20,000 bases of DNA from an uncultured virus (IMG/VR IMGVR_UViG_3300011240_000038) (Duplodnaviria; Heunggongvirae; Uroviricota; Caudoviricetes), in the IMG/VR virus record IMGVR_UViG_3300011240_000038. The stretch is one strand, 5' to 3'. The translations under genes and the position numbers were made by a program. Of the stretch, positions 7,087 through 16,194 are shown piece by piece. Under the pieces are notes generated by a model. It was not told the origin of the DNA. It saw only the letters and a list, made by a program, of their open reading frames with translations, and ran no database searches. Position 1 is the first letter of the stretch. Every line of letters begins with the position of its first letter.

Positions 7087-7530
7087 TTATTTTTTATATT
7101 TTTTAGGGGTATATTTTATCTTATTCATTTTCTTAGCATACTCAATTCCATTTTGAATAGCAGATTTTAATAATTCCCAGTCTTCATCATTAATAGGATT
7201 ACCGGAAAGCATAAGTCCTTCTTGATTTTCTAAAGACTCCAAGGTACTGTTAAAAATTTTCTCAATATCTTTTTTATCTTTGGGATTTAATTCTAAATCA
7301 TCAAAAGTTGATTTTTTAGGTGATGATATATCACTTCTACCAAGTAAGTAGTCTACAGATACGGAAAAAAAATCGGCAATTCTTTGAAGCAATTCATTTT
7401 CTGGTATTGCTTTATCATTCTCATATTTAGAAATTGAGCTATTATCTATTAAAAGAATATCTGCTAATGATTTTTGTGTTAATCCATGTTTTTTTCGAAG
7501 TTCTTTTAACCTAATACCCAGTGTATTCAT
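7087..7530 (-). CDS. ImmR/CI-like XRE-family repressor
   Basis: LGIRLKELRKKHGLTQKSLA...ISKYEN...IADFFSVSVDYLLGRSD; SD AGGAGGTG; C-terminal KYTPKKY typical of ImmA-cleaved Firmicute phage repressors. Confidence 0.9.
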   Translation of the reverse strand: MNTLGIRLKELRKKHGLTQKSLADILLIDNSSISKYENDKAIPENELLQRIADFFSVSVDYLLGRSDISSPKKSTFDDLELNPKDKKDIEKIFNSTLESLENQEGLMLSGNPINDEDWELLKSAIQNGIEYAKKMNKIKYTPKKYKK

Positions 7531-7553
7531 ATATTTACACCTCCTATAATTAT

Positions 7554-7581
7554 ATTATAACCATATTTGAAGTAAAATCAA
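7554..7581 (-). promoter_or_regulatory. Leftward promoter for repressor-immA
   Basis: Minus strand TTGATT-N16-TATAAT, overlapped by the first operator. Confidence 0.55.
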
Positions 7582-7849
7582 TATAAGTTGAAATAAAATC
7601 AAAAAAAATTCAATATGACTTGACAATTTGAATTTAATTCAATAAAATCAAAATATGAATATTGAATTAAATTCAAATATGGGGGTTGTATAAGAAATGA
7701 AGTATATTTAGAGAAATAACTCAATAATAGTAAATCACGTTATAATTAGAGTGCAGGCTGAAATATGTCTTTAACAAATGAAATATTATATTGAATTTAA
7801 ATCAATATAATATTTCAACAACAAATAATAAAAATTGAATTAAATTCAA
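7567..7849. promoter_or_regulatory. Six 15-bp palindromic operators TTGAA-N5-WTCAA
   Basis: Copies at 7567-7581, 7588-7602, 7628-7642, 7662-7676, 7791-7805, 7835-7849. Confidence 0.85.
7620..7648 (+). promoter_or_regulatory. Rightward (lytic) SigA promoter
   Basis: TTGACA (7620-7625)-N17-TAAAAT (7643-7648), with an operator filling the spacer. Confidence 0.8.
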
Positions 7850-7860
7850 GGGGAATCGGT

Positions 7861-8295
7861 ATGAATATGAATAAAAAAATTGAAACTATGCTTTATAACT
7901 TTAATCAAACGAAAGCAGAAATTAAAAATATAAAACTAGATATAGAGTTATTAGAAAATGAATATGATGACGGAATTGGTGTAAATTACGTGGAGAAGAC
8001 AGGAAAAACTAATAAAATTACTTCAACAGTGGAAAACATGATAATAAGAAAAGAGGCTCAAATTAACAGATTAAATTATGCTATAAAAGTTAAAGAAGCT
8101 GAAATAAAAAAGATTGAAAATGCTCTAGAAATTCTTACAGATAGAGAAAGAAGTATTATTGAAATGAGATATTTTCAGAAGGAAAGTAATAGAAATATTT
8201 CAGCAAAGCTTTATATTACAGAAGAATATGTATCAGCAATAAAGTCAAAAGCTATTAAATCTCTTGCAAATATATTCTTTATAAATTCTTTATAA
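7861..8295 (+). CDS. ArpU/RinA-family phage late transcriptional activator
   Basis: N-terminal coiled region, TNKITSTVE, C-terminal sigma-region-4-like HTH (IENALEILTDRERSIIEMRYF...ISAKLYITEEYVSAIKSKAIKSLA). Confidence 0.85.
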   Translation: MNMNKKIETMLYNFNQTKAEIKNIKLDIELLENEYDDGIGVNYVEKTGKTNKITSTVENMIIRKEAQINRLNYAIKVKEAEIKKIENALEILTDRERSIIEMRYFQKESNRNISAKLYITEEYVSAIKSKAIKSLANIFFINSL

Positions 8296-8355
8296 ATTCT
8301 TTATAAATTTCTTTTAAACTCTCTTTATATAATCGGGTTAAAGCGGTGCTAGAAT
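8275..8355 (+). promoter_or_regulatory. Late promoter: tandem 11-bp activator-binding repeats plus extended -10
   Basis: TTCTTTATAAA x3 (8275-8307) plus two degenerate copies to ~8329; TGcTAGAAT at 8347-8355; no good -35. Confidence 0.65.
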
Positions 8356-8772
8356 AATATCATCGCAGTGGTGATAAGTTATTAAAAGTTGAGTCTTAAG
8401 ATAATAAATTAGTTTTAAATTTTAAAATAAGAATAATAAAGTTTAGATTACTAATTTATCACTATGAGTTATGGTTAAAAAGTTTTATTAACAAATAAGA
8501 AATGGAGCTAAAGGAAAGGGGTGATAACAATGCGGTGACTTTCATATTAAGATTTATAAATTCTTTGAAATACATTAGGATAATTCAAAAAGAAAGAATA
8601 GCCTCTAATTTAAAGTAAATAAAAATATATATTTAAATTTTATTAGCTAAATAGGATCTAGATAAACCATTTCAATTTTAAAAACTAGTAACCAAAGTCT
8701 TAAACTGTGACAATGATTTTAATAAATAGCTAATAGATATTAAAAATATATAAATCAGTAGAGGAGGTAGAA

Positions 8773-9213
8773 ATGAATATAGTAGAAAGTATCAAAGAAT
8801 ATATAGGAACCTGTCCTTATCTAGCAAATATTAATGATGGTATTAATATTAATTACTTAGGTGAAAATACAGTATCCTATATGATAGAAGAACTTCCTAG
8901 AGAACAAATTTTAAAAAAGTATATTGATGGAACTAGTCTTAGACAATACTGTTTCATGTTTGTCAGTAGGGAAGTATGCGGACAAGATGTAGTACAAAAT
9001 ATAGCTAATAGTAAATTCTATGAAAACTTTGCTAAGTGGCTAGAACTTCAATCAGAGCTTAATAATCTACCAGTACTAGATAGTGGGAGAGTGGCACAAA
9101 AAATAGAAGCATTAACAAGTGGTTATGTTTTCGAAAAAAATCTAGATAAAGCACAATATAAAATAGAATGTAGATTGGTATATTACCAAGAAGGAGGAAA
9201 AAATAATGAGTAG
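8773..9213 (+). CDS. Phage tail terminator/completion protein (minor structural)
   Basis: SD GAGGAGGT; first gene of the tail operon, upstream of the tail tube; KKYIDG...RQY.F and AQYKIECRLVYYQE resemble A118-like minor structural proteins. Confidence 0.6.
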   Translation: MNIVESIKEYIGTCPYLANINDGININYLGENTVSYMIEELPREQILKKYIDGTSLRQYCFMFVSREVCGQDVVQNIANSKFYENFAKWLELQSELNNLPVLDSGRVAQKIEALTSGYVFEKNLDKAQYKIECRLVYYQEGGKNNE

Positions 9214-9700
9214 AGAATCAATACAAAGACATCAAATAGCAGATTATATAAATATAGGTGGATCAACAGGTGTAGAAAAATATGAATTAATGGGAGCTGG
9301 ATTTAATACATTAGATGAAAATCCAGCAGCTCAACTTGATACTAAAGTTTATATTAACGATAAATCATCGTCAACTACAATTAAGTCATACCAAACACAA
9401 TTCCCATTCACATCAGATTTAATTAAAAGTGAAGGGGCAGTAATGGCATTATACAATGTTGGAAGAAATCATCTTACAGGTGCAGATGCACAATTTGACT
9501 ATGTTAAAGTTGAACTATTTCAACCAATAGAAGGAAGTGAGAATACTTATAAGGCTAGAAAATTTATAGTAAGTTGTGAAGTTGCTGGATTAGCTGGAGC
9601 AGGCGGAGAAACTATTGTGGTATCAGGAAACTTAAATGCAGTAGGAGATTTTATAGAAGGTACATTCAATACTGCAACAAAAACATTTACTGCAATTTAG
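9206..9700 (+). CDS. Major tail (tube) protein, siphovirus type
   Basis: 164 aa; YELMGAGFNTLDENPAAQ...YIND...TIKSYQTQFPF and GTFNTATKTFTA; position before chaperones and tape measure. Confidence 0.75.
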   Translation: MSRESIQRHQIADYINIGGSTGVEKYELMGAGFNTLDENPAAQLDTKVYINDKSSSTTIKSYQTQFPFTSDLIKSEGAVMALYNVGRNHLTGADAQFDYVKVELFQPIEGSENTYKARKFIVSCEVAGLAGAGGETIVVSGNLNAVGDFIEGTFNTATKTFTAI

Positions 9701-9715
9701 TAGGAGGAATATTTA

Positions 9716-10057
9716 ATGAATATTAATGGAATTGAGCTAGAATTAGATATATTTGATGCCGATGTTGCAGAAAAATATGATAAAGCAATAAAAAAAGTAA
9801 TGAATATAGAAGAAGAAACAAAGGGTATGTCAATTGGAGAAGGGATAAGAACTCAGTGCAAAGCCATCTTTAAAGTTTTTGATGAACTTTTTGGACAAGG
9901 TACTCATGAAAGAGTATTTGGAGATAAAGTTAACTTACTTGAATGTTTAAAGGCTTTTGAGGCTCTAATAACAGGCATAAATGAGAAAAATAAAGAAATT
10001 GAACTCATTGCTAATAAGTATTCTTCTAATAGAATTCAAAGACGTTCTAAAAAATAA
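9716..10057 (+). CDS. Tail assembly chaperone
   Basis: 113-aa acidic helical protein between tail tube and Gp15-like gene; C-terminal NRIQRR. Confidence 0.65.
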   Translation: MNINGIELELDIFDADVAEKYDKAIKKVMNIEEETKGMSIGEGIRTQCKAIFKVFDELFGQGTHERVFGDKVNLLECLKAFEALITGINEKNKEIELIANKYSSNRIQRRSKK

Positions 10058-10653
10058 TGAATATTTTAATTGATGTTTTACCTCGAAAAGTTGAAATAGA
10101 TAATAGAGAATATAAGATTAATTATGATTTTCGTACATCCATTTTGTTTGAGATAATGATTCAGGATGATGAGCTTGATGATAAAGAAAAGATATATAAT
10201 GCTCTTCTTCTATATTATCCAGTAATACCAGATAATTTAGAAGAAGCAATTAAACAAATTCTTTGGTTTTATAGAGGTGGAAAAGATATTAATGAAGGAA
10301 GTAGTGGAGTATCTATGGGTAAGAGTACAAGAGCATATAGTTTTGAATATGACGATGACTATATTTACTCCGCTTTTCTAACCCAATATGACATAGACCT
10401 TCAGGATATAGAAGATTTACATTGGTGGAAATTTAAAGCCATGTTTAGAGCTTTAAAGGAAGACAATGAAATAGTTAAGATTATGGGATATAGATCTATG
10501 ACTATAAATACCAATATGAGCAAAGAACAAAAGGATTTTTATAGTAATATGAAGAGAATTTATGCTATTCCAATGAGTAAATCTAAAAAACAAAAGGTAA
10601 CAGAAATTGAAAATGCTCTTATGGAAAATGGAGACTTAAGGGGAATACTTTGA
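10057..10653 (+). CDS. Bacteriophage Gp15-family tail assembly protein
   Basis: INYDFR, YSFEYDDDYIYSAFLTQYDIDL, LHWWKFKAMF, IMGYR motifs of the A118 gp15-like family. Confidence 0.85.
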   Translation: MNILIDVLPRKVEIDNREYKINYDFRTSILFEIMIQDDELDDKEKIYNALLLYYPVIPDNLEEAIKQILWFYRGGKDINEGSSGVSMGKSTRAYSFEYDDDYIYSAFLTQYDIDLQDIEDLHWWKFKAMFRALKEDNEIVKIMGYRSMTINTNMSKEQKDFYSNMKRIYAIPMSKSKKQKVTEIENALMENGDLRGIL

Positions 10654-10675
10654 TTTTAGTATTCTAACTATAAAA

Positions 10676-10717
10676 ACTAATAAAAAGTGCTTATAAAACT
10701 AGGCACTTTTTATTAGT
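10676..10717. terminator. Intra-operon terminator/attenuator hairpin
   Basis: Perfect 15-bp inverted repeat ACTAATAAAAAGTGC (10676-10690)/GCACTTTTTATTAGT (10703-10717). Confidence 0.7.
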
Positions 10718-10734
10718 AAAGGTAGGTGATTTGC

Positions 10735-10872
10735 ATAGTAAAAGTAAAATGTCCATTTTGTAATAAATTATTAATTAAAGCTGATTACATCAAAGGAGAA
10801 ATAAAATGTAGTAGATGTAAGAGGTTAATAAATATAGAAATAGAAAAGCCAGAGCTTAGAGCCACACCCTAG
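10735..10872 (+). CDS. Mu Com-like zinc-finger protein (~45 aa, not in ORF track)
   Basis: VKVKCPFCNKLLIKADYIKGEIKCSRCKRLINIEIEKPELRATP* with CxxC-x15-CxxC; SD AGGTAGGTGA; no in-frame ATG, probable ATA start at 10735. Confidence 0.75.
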   Translation: MVKVKCPFCNKLLIKADYIKGEIKCSRCKRLINIEIEKPELRATP

Positions 10873-10914
10873 AGTAGTGAGCCGTAGCCTGCTTTATAAA
10901 AGGCAGGTGATATT

Positions 10915-13086
10915 ATGTCAAATACAAGTATAAATGAAGAGATAAATTTAACATTAAAAAGTATATTAGAAAATTTAGAATCACAAGGTGAAGAAGCTAA
11001 AGAGAAAAGTACAAAAATCATTTCTAAATTAGTTACTGGAGCAGGAAAAGAAATAATTAAGGCTAACTCCGTTGCTATGGGTAAAATTGGACAAGGGTTA
11101 AACAAAGGGTTTTCTAAGATAAATTTCTTTGAGTCTATAGCGAAAACTTTTGAAGAAAAAGTAGGAGGGCTTTCAGAAAAAGTAAGAAGAACTTTTAATA
11201 CACTAAAAACTGATATTAAGCTTTGTACAATATTAGTAACAGATGTAATGAAAGAAACAAAGTGGTTTAAAATGGCATCTTCAACTATAGATAGTGCTAA
11301 AAAGGCTTTTGAAAGAATAGGCTCTGAAGTAGGAATATCAGGAAAAGGAGCTTTTCTAAAGATTGCTACTGGGGTCGGTAAAGAAGGAGCAAGTGCGCTT
11401 ATAAATATATCATCTAAAGTTGGAAAGGTAGCATCAACGGCTTTTAGTGGTACTATTAAAGCTATTGGAAAAGTTGGATCTTATGGAATAAAGGCTGGAG
11501 AACAGTTTGCACAAGGAGTATCTAAAATAGCTGATTTTAGTCAAAATGCAGGGAAAGAAATAGAAGACTTAAATGTATCAGCAGCAACTATGGAAGATGG
11601 ATTAGGCCGTGAAGTTACTATATTTAAAAGCTCACTTATGAGTCTTGGAAAAGATATGGGTGATAGCATAGATGGCCCATTAAAAGAAATAACAGCTTCA
11701 GCAACAGGGATGATTGGACAGCTATCTTCAGCATTCCAAGAAGGTGGATTTGAAGGACTTGCAGGTAGTGTTGGAGATGTATTTACTCAAGCAATTACAG
11801 GCATAGCTGACAAGGCTCCTGAATTTATGAATATTGCAGTTTTGATTATAGAATCATTAATAGCTGGATTCCAAGAAAATATGCCGTTAATAGCAGAATC
11901 ATCAATACAGATAATAATGCAGCTAGCTGAGGGTATTATTACCATATTACCTAGTATATTTGAGCTAGGAATTACTTTAATATCTGAATTGTTATTAGGA
12001 TTAGTAGAAGCTATTCCACAGTTAATAACTTTAGCACAAGAATCTATTATAAGTATTATGACATTGATAACGGAAAATTTGCCATTAATTATGGAAAGTG
12101 GATTTCAAATTGTTTTAGCACTTATAAATGGAATATCTGAAATGTTGCCAGAGTTAATACCGCTAGTAATACAAGCCATAACAACTATTATTACATCTAT
12201 AGGAGAAAATTTACCACTTATACTTCAGAGTGGTATAGATATTCTTGTGGCACTTATTAATGGAATAGCAGCAATGTTGCCAGAGTTAATTCCAATGGCT
12301 GTACAAGCTTTGTTAAATATAGTAGATACCCTCATAGTAAATCTTCCACAAGTTATAGATGCAGCTATTAAAATAATAATGGCTTTAATACAAGGAATAA
12401 TTGGAGCATTACCACAATTAATTATGGAAATACCAAAGATAATAAATGGAATAGTATTAGCAGTCATAAATAATTTGCCAGCAATTATAAGTGCGGCAAT
12501 TCAAATAATAATGGCTTTAATACAAGGACTAATTATAGCAATTCCTACGTTAATAGGTAATATACCCACTATAATAGCTGCAATTATAGGAGCTTTTGCT
12601 AAAGCTGATTGGAAACAAATTGGTACAAACTGTTTGGAGGGCTTAAAAAATGGTCTTATAGCAGGGGTTAGTGCAGTAGTTGATACAGTAAGAAATGTAG
12701 CCAGTAGTATAGCAAATGGATTTAAAGACTTTTTTGGAATCCATTCACCATCTACTCTATTTAGAGATATGATAGGTAAAAACCTTGTTAAAGGTATCGG
12801 TTTAGGTATTGATATAGAAACTCCAAATCTTGAAAAAGAAATAGGTGGTAATCTAGAGGATCTAACAAGAAAAATGAGAGCTACAATTGATTTTGAAACT
12901 ACTAAGGTTTCTGGCAATATGGCAATGAACTCTAGTTATAGAGCTGCTATGGAAACTCCATATTCCATAGTAAATAATAATGATAACGGTGTAAATGAAA
13001 TTATTAATATATACCAACCAGTAAAATCACCATCTGAAGTTGCAAGAGCAATAAAAATACAAAGAAAGGAGCTTGCATTTGGATAA
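10915..13086 (+). CDS. Tail tape measure protein (723 aa)
   Basis: Ala/Gly/Ile-rich helical protein with ~11/22-residue Pro-punctuated repeats and FFGIHSPS motif; canonical position. Confidence 0.9.
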   Translation: MSNTSINEEINLTLKSILENLESQGEEAKEKSTKIISKLVTGAGKEIIKANSVAMGKIGQGLNKGFSKINFFESIAKTFEEKVGGLSEKVRRTFNTLKTDIKLCTILVTDVMKETKWFKMASSTIDSAKKAFERIGSEVGISGKGAFLKIATGVGKEGASALINISSKVGKVASTAFSGTIKAIGKVGSYGIKAGEQFAQGVSKIADFSQNAGKEIEDLNVSAATMEDGLGREVTIFKSSLMSLGKDMGDSIDGPLKEITASATGMIGQLSSAFQEGGFEGLAGSVGDVFTQAITGIADKAPEFMNIAVLIIESLIAGFQENMPLIAESSIQIIMQLAEGIITILPSIFELGITLISELLLGLVEAIPQLITLAQESIISIMTLITENLPLIMESGFQIVLALINGISEMLPELIPLVIQAITTIITSIGENLPLILQSGIDILVALINGIAAMLPELIPMAVQALLNIVDTLIVNLPQVIDAAIKIIMALIQGIIGALPQLIMEIPKIINGIVLAVINNLPAIISAAIQIIMALIQGLIIAIPTLIGNIPTIIAAIIGAFAKADWKQIGTNCLEGLKNGLIAGVSAVVDTVRNVASSIANGFKDFFGIHSPSTLFRDMIGKNLVKGIGLGIDIETPNLEKEIGGNLEDLTRKMRATIDFETTKVSGNMAMNSSYRAAMETPYSIVNNNDNGVNEIINIYQPVKSPSEVARAIKIQRKELAFG

Positions 13087-13933
13087 GTATATAGATATTA
13101 AATTAGAATGTAATGGCAAGATTTTAGAGATTGGCAAGGATAAATTATACAAATTAATAAATATAGAAGGAATCTCTAGCTCAGAATATAGTGTAGATAT
13201 TGTAAATAATGCACAATTTGATGGTGGGACTGTTAAAAGTAAAAGAGTAGAATCAAGACTTATAACTATTACAGCAGAATATCCATCAACAGAAGATACA
13301 GAAACTAGAAGACAAAACCTAATTAGATTTTTTAATCCTTATTTAACTGGAAAGTTATATGTAAACTACTCTGGAGTTAAGAGGGTAATTAATTATGAGG
13401 TAGCAGGATTTAAAGATAGTAGAGAGAATTTATATGATCCACTTAAATTTATTATTAATCTGATATGTCCTAATCCATTTTTTAAAGATGAGAGAGAGTT
13501 TAGTAAAAATATGGCTGGTAAAATTAATAGTATTACTGTACCTTTCACTATTCCGGCAAGTGGTATGATTATGTCGGCTAAAGTATTGAGACAAGAGGCT
13601 ACAATAATTAATAATGGAGATAAAGATACAGGGCTGATTATCTCATTTATAGCAAAAGGTGAGGTGAGCAACCCAAAGATAGAAAACTTAACTACAGGAA
13701 AATTTTTAAGGATAGTAGTGGACTTGATGCCTGGTGATATTCTCACAATTAATACGAATAAAGGGAATAAGATGATAGAACTAAATGGGAAAAATATTTC
13801 TCAAAAAATGGATCGTTCTAGCTCTTTTATTGACATGCAGGTAGGAGAAAATATATTAAAATATAGTGCTGATAAAGGATATACAAATCTTAATGTTTAT
13901 CCAAAGTGGACAGCTGAATTCTTTGGGGTGTAG
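13079..13933 (+). CDS. Distal tail protein (Dit)
   Basis: Follows tape measure; LICPNPFF, INNGDKDTG, GDILTINT, GENILKY patterns; TTG13079 is 7 nt after SD GAAAGGAG. Confidence 0.8.
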   Translation: MDKYIDIKLECNGKILEIGKDKLYKLINIEGISSSEYSVDIVNNAQFDGGTVKSKRVESRLITITAEYPSTEDTETRRQNLIRFFNPYLTGKLYVNYSGVKRVINYEVAGFKDSRENLYDPLKFIINLICPNPFFKDEREFSKNMAGKINSITVPFTIPASGMIMSAKVLRQEATIINNGDKDTGLIISFIAKGEVSNPKIENLTTGKFLRIVVDLMPGDILTINTNKGNKMIELNGKNISQKMDRSSSFIDMQVGENILKYSADKGYTNLNVYPKWTAEFFGV

Positions 13934-13936
13934 GAC

Positions 13937-14989
13937 ATGATAGAACTAATTATACTAAATAACAAATTTCAACCAATAGGATTTATAGATGAGTTCACAT
14001 CTCTTATATTGACTAGAAGATATTACAATGTTGGGGAGTATGAGTTATATATAGATTCAAAATATTTTCAGTTATTAAGAAAGGGAGGATATATTTATAG
14101 TTCTAGCTTCAGAGAAGTTGGAATTATAGAAACTTATTCTTATATAAAGGAAGATAGTCAATGTACTATTAAAGGTAGATTTATAGAGGCTTTACTTAGT
14201 TATAGAGTTATAGATAAAATACAAAATCTGAATGGAACAGCTGAAAATATTGTTAGAAATCTTGTAAACAACTTTGCAATTGTTAATAAACCTATAAATA
14301 AACTTCAATTAGGTAATGCGAATGGACTAGGTGCAAGTATTGCATTACAAGTTGAATATGAAAATCTATGCGAAAAAATATATGATATTGTAGCTACTCA
14401 GGATTTATCTATAAGAGTTAAATACAATTATGAAGAGGATAAAATGTATTTTGAAGTGTGGCAAGGAATAGATAGAACGGAAAATCAAAGTTCAAATTCA
14501 ATTGTTGTATTTAGTGATGAATATGAGAACATTTCTACGTCTACCTATGAGTGTAATCATAAAGAATATAAAAACTTTGCTTATGTAGTTGGTGAAGGAG
14601 AGGAAGGTATTAAAGTAATTATTGCTATAGATTTAACCAATGGTAATGAGCGTAGAGAGATTTTCCTTGAAGTCAGAGATAAACAAGATGAATTGACACT
14701 AGAGGAGTATAAAAAAGTATTATATCAAAAGGGAATTGAAAAACTATATGATTATGGAGTTGTTGAAAATGTTAATACGACAGTTAATTCTCTATCTAAT
14801 CTTAAATATAAAGTAGATTATGATTTAGGTGATTTATGTAGTTATGTGGATAATGAGTTAGATATAGTAGTTAATCAGCGAATTACTGAAATAACTGAAG
14901 TATATGAAAATAATAAGCACGATATTTCTATAGTATTTGGTAAAGAAGAAAAAACAATAATGCAAAAATTAAATAGAGAGGTGAAATAA
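13937..14989 (+). CDS. Tail hub/Tal-position protein (ReqiPepy6 Gp37-like family)
   Basis: IDEFTSLILTRRYYNVGEYEL, KNFAYVVGEGE, RREIFLEVRD, YKVDYDLGD motifs; position after Dit. Confidence 0.8.
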   Translation: MIELIILNNKFQPIGFIDEFTSLILTRRYYNVGEYELYIDSKYFQLLRKGGYIYSSSFREVGIIETYSYIKEDSQCTIKGRFIEALLSYRVIDKIQNLNGTAENIVRNLVNNFAIVNKPINKLQLGNANGLGASIALQVEYENLCEKIYDIVATQDLSIRVKYNYEEDKMYFEVWQGIDRTENQSSNSIVVFSDEYENISTSTYECNHKEYKNFAYVVGEGEEGIKVIIAIDLTNGNERREIFLEVRDKQDELTLEEYKKVLYQKGIEKLYDYGVVENVNTTVNSLSNLKYKVDYDLGDLCSYVDNELDIVVNQRITEITEVYENNKHDISIVFGKEEKTIMQKLNREVK

Positions 14990-14990
14990 A

Positions 14991-16178
14991 ATGTCAATTA
15001 TAAGTGGAATATTTCCTAGCGAAATTGTAGATATAGACGAAAGTGGGCTTCCTATTTATGATAGGGCTGTGGATGAAGAATATTTTGCAAAATATCATAG
15101 TGAATTTTTAAGTAATGGTGTATATGCCAATCCATCAAATAATTTTCAAGTAATGGTTAATGACTTGATGAAATTGAAAGTAAAGGCAGGTAGCTGTTTT
15201 ATAAATGGTTATTATGCCTATGATAATTTTGATGGAGAAATAATTCTTGAGCCAGCAAGTTCAGATTTAAATAGAATAGATAGAATTGTAACAAGATTAG
15301 ATAGGATAAATAGAAAAATATCTATAGAAGTAAAAAAGGGTGCCTATGGAACTGTTTCATATTCAGCACCTAGCCTACAAAGAGATGATGATATATGGGA
15401 GTTAGGACTTGCAGATGTATTAGTTAAAAAGGGGACAACTCAAATAGTACAAGCAAATATAACAGACCTGAGACCTATACAAGAATATTGTGGTTATGTA
15501 TATAATCCAATGCAAAATATAGATACTACGGATTTATTTGCTCAATATGATAATTCTTTTGAAGTATGGTTTCAACATGTTAAAGATCAGTTAAGTACTG
15601 ATGCAGCTGGAAATTTACAGAAACAGATTGATACACATACTTCGGAATTGGAAGATTTCATGAGTTTCTTTAATAATGGTGGAAGAGTATCAGGTAAGGT
15701 AAGTACAAATGGAATTACAGTTAAACAAGATGATGGAAATGCAATAGTACTTTCAACTGGAGTTGATGGAAAATTCAAAATACAAAAATATTTAGCTAAT
15801 GGTTCTTGGGATTATGATATAATGATGGAAAAAGATGGGTATATAGAAGTGGGAAAAGATTTATATATGGGAAATTACAGTAGGAAAACTAATGGGTACA
15901 CAAAAATCTCTAATGGAATGATATTACAATGGGGTACTAGCAATTTATTAGCAACAAATTATTCTTCAAATGGAGCTTCATTTAAAACAGGTGTGGGGTA
16001 TTTTCCTATTGCTTTTCCTAATACGTGTTTAAATGTAGTAGCTGTATCAGGATTTAGAGAATATACGCTATCAATAGCAAATACAGGCAAAACTCAATTT
16101 AATGCAGAAGGTTGCTGTGTTGCTAATGGTCCTAGTGATTCCACAAGGCCGTTTCATTGGATAGCGATAGGATATTAA
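14991..16178 (+). CDS. Baseplate/tail fibre receptor-binding protein
   Basis: Conserved-looking N-terminal baseplate domain (NGVY...VKAG...ING...RIDRIV...ITDLR...CG), short coiled coil, C-terminal fibre domain (NGYTKISNGMILQWG...FPIAFPN...WIAIGY). Confidence 0.8.
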   Translation: MSIISGIFPSEIVDIDESGLPIYDRAVDEEYFAKYHSEFLSNGVYANPSNNFQVMVNDLMKLKVKAGSCFINGYYAYDNFDGEIILEPASSDLNRIDRIVTRLDRINRKISIEVKKGAYGTVSYSAPSLQRDDDIWELGLADVLVKKGTTQIVQANITDLRPIQEYCGYVYNPMQNIDTTDLFAQYDNSFEVWFQHVKDQLSTDAAGNLQKQIDTHTSELEDFMSFFNNGGRVSGKVSTNGITVKQDDGNAIVLSTGVDGKFKIQKYLANGSWDYDIMMEKDGYIEVGKDLYMGNYSRKTNGYTKISNGMILQWGTSNLLATNYSSNGASFKTGVGYFPIAFPNTCLNVVAVSGFREYTLSIANTGKTQFNAEGCCVANGPSDSTRPFHWIAIGY

Positions 16179-16194
16179 AGGGGGAGGTAATAAT

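Noticed and set aside
7567..7849. CRISPR array
   Set aside because: Repeats are 15-bp palindromes with irregular spacing overlapping promoters, and no cas genes are present; they fit operators.
11880..12600. Nucleotide repeats within the tape-measure gene (e.g. ATAATAATGGCTTTAATACAAGGA and ATGTTGCCAGAGTTAAT, twice each) as DGR or invertible repeats
   Set aside because: Explained by ordinary tape-measure amino-acid repeats; no reverse transcriptase or invertase nearby.
10869..15778. ORF-track calls 10869-11105, 12225-12467, 12501-12917, 13393-13746, 15587-15778 (minus)
   Set aside because: Antisense shadows of tail genes.
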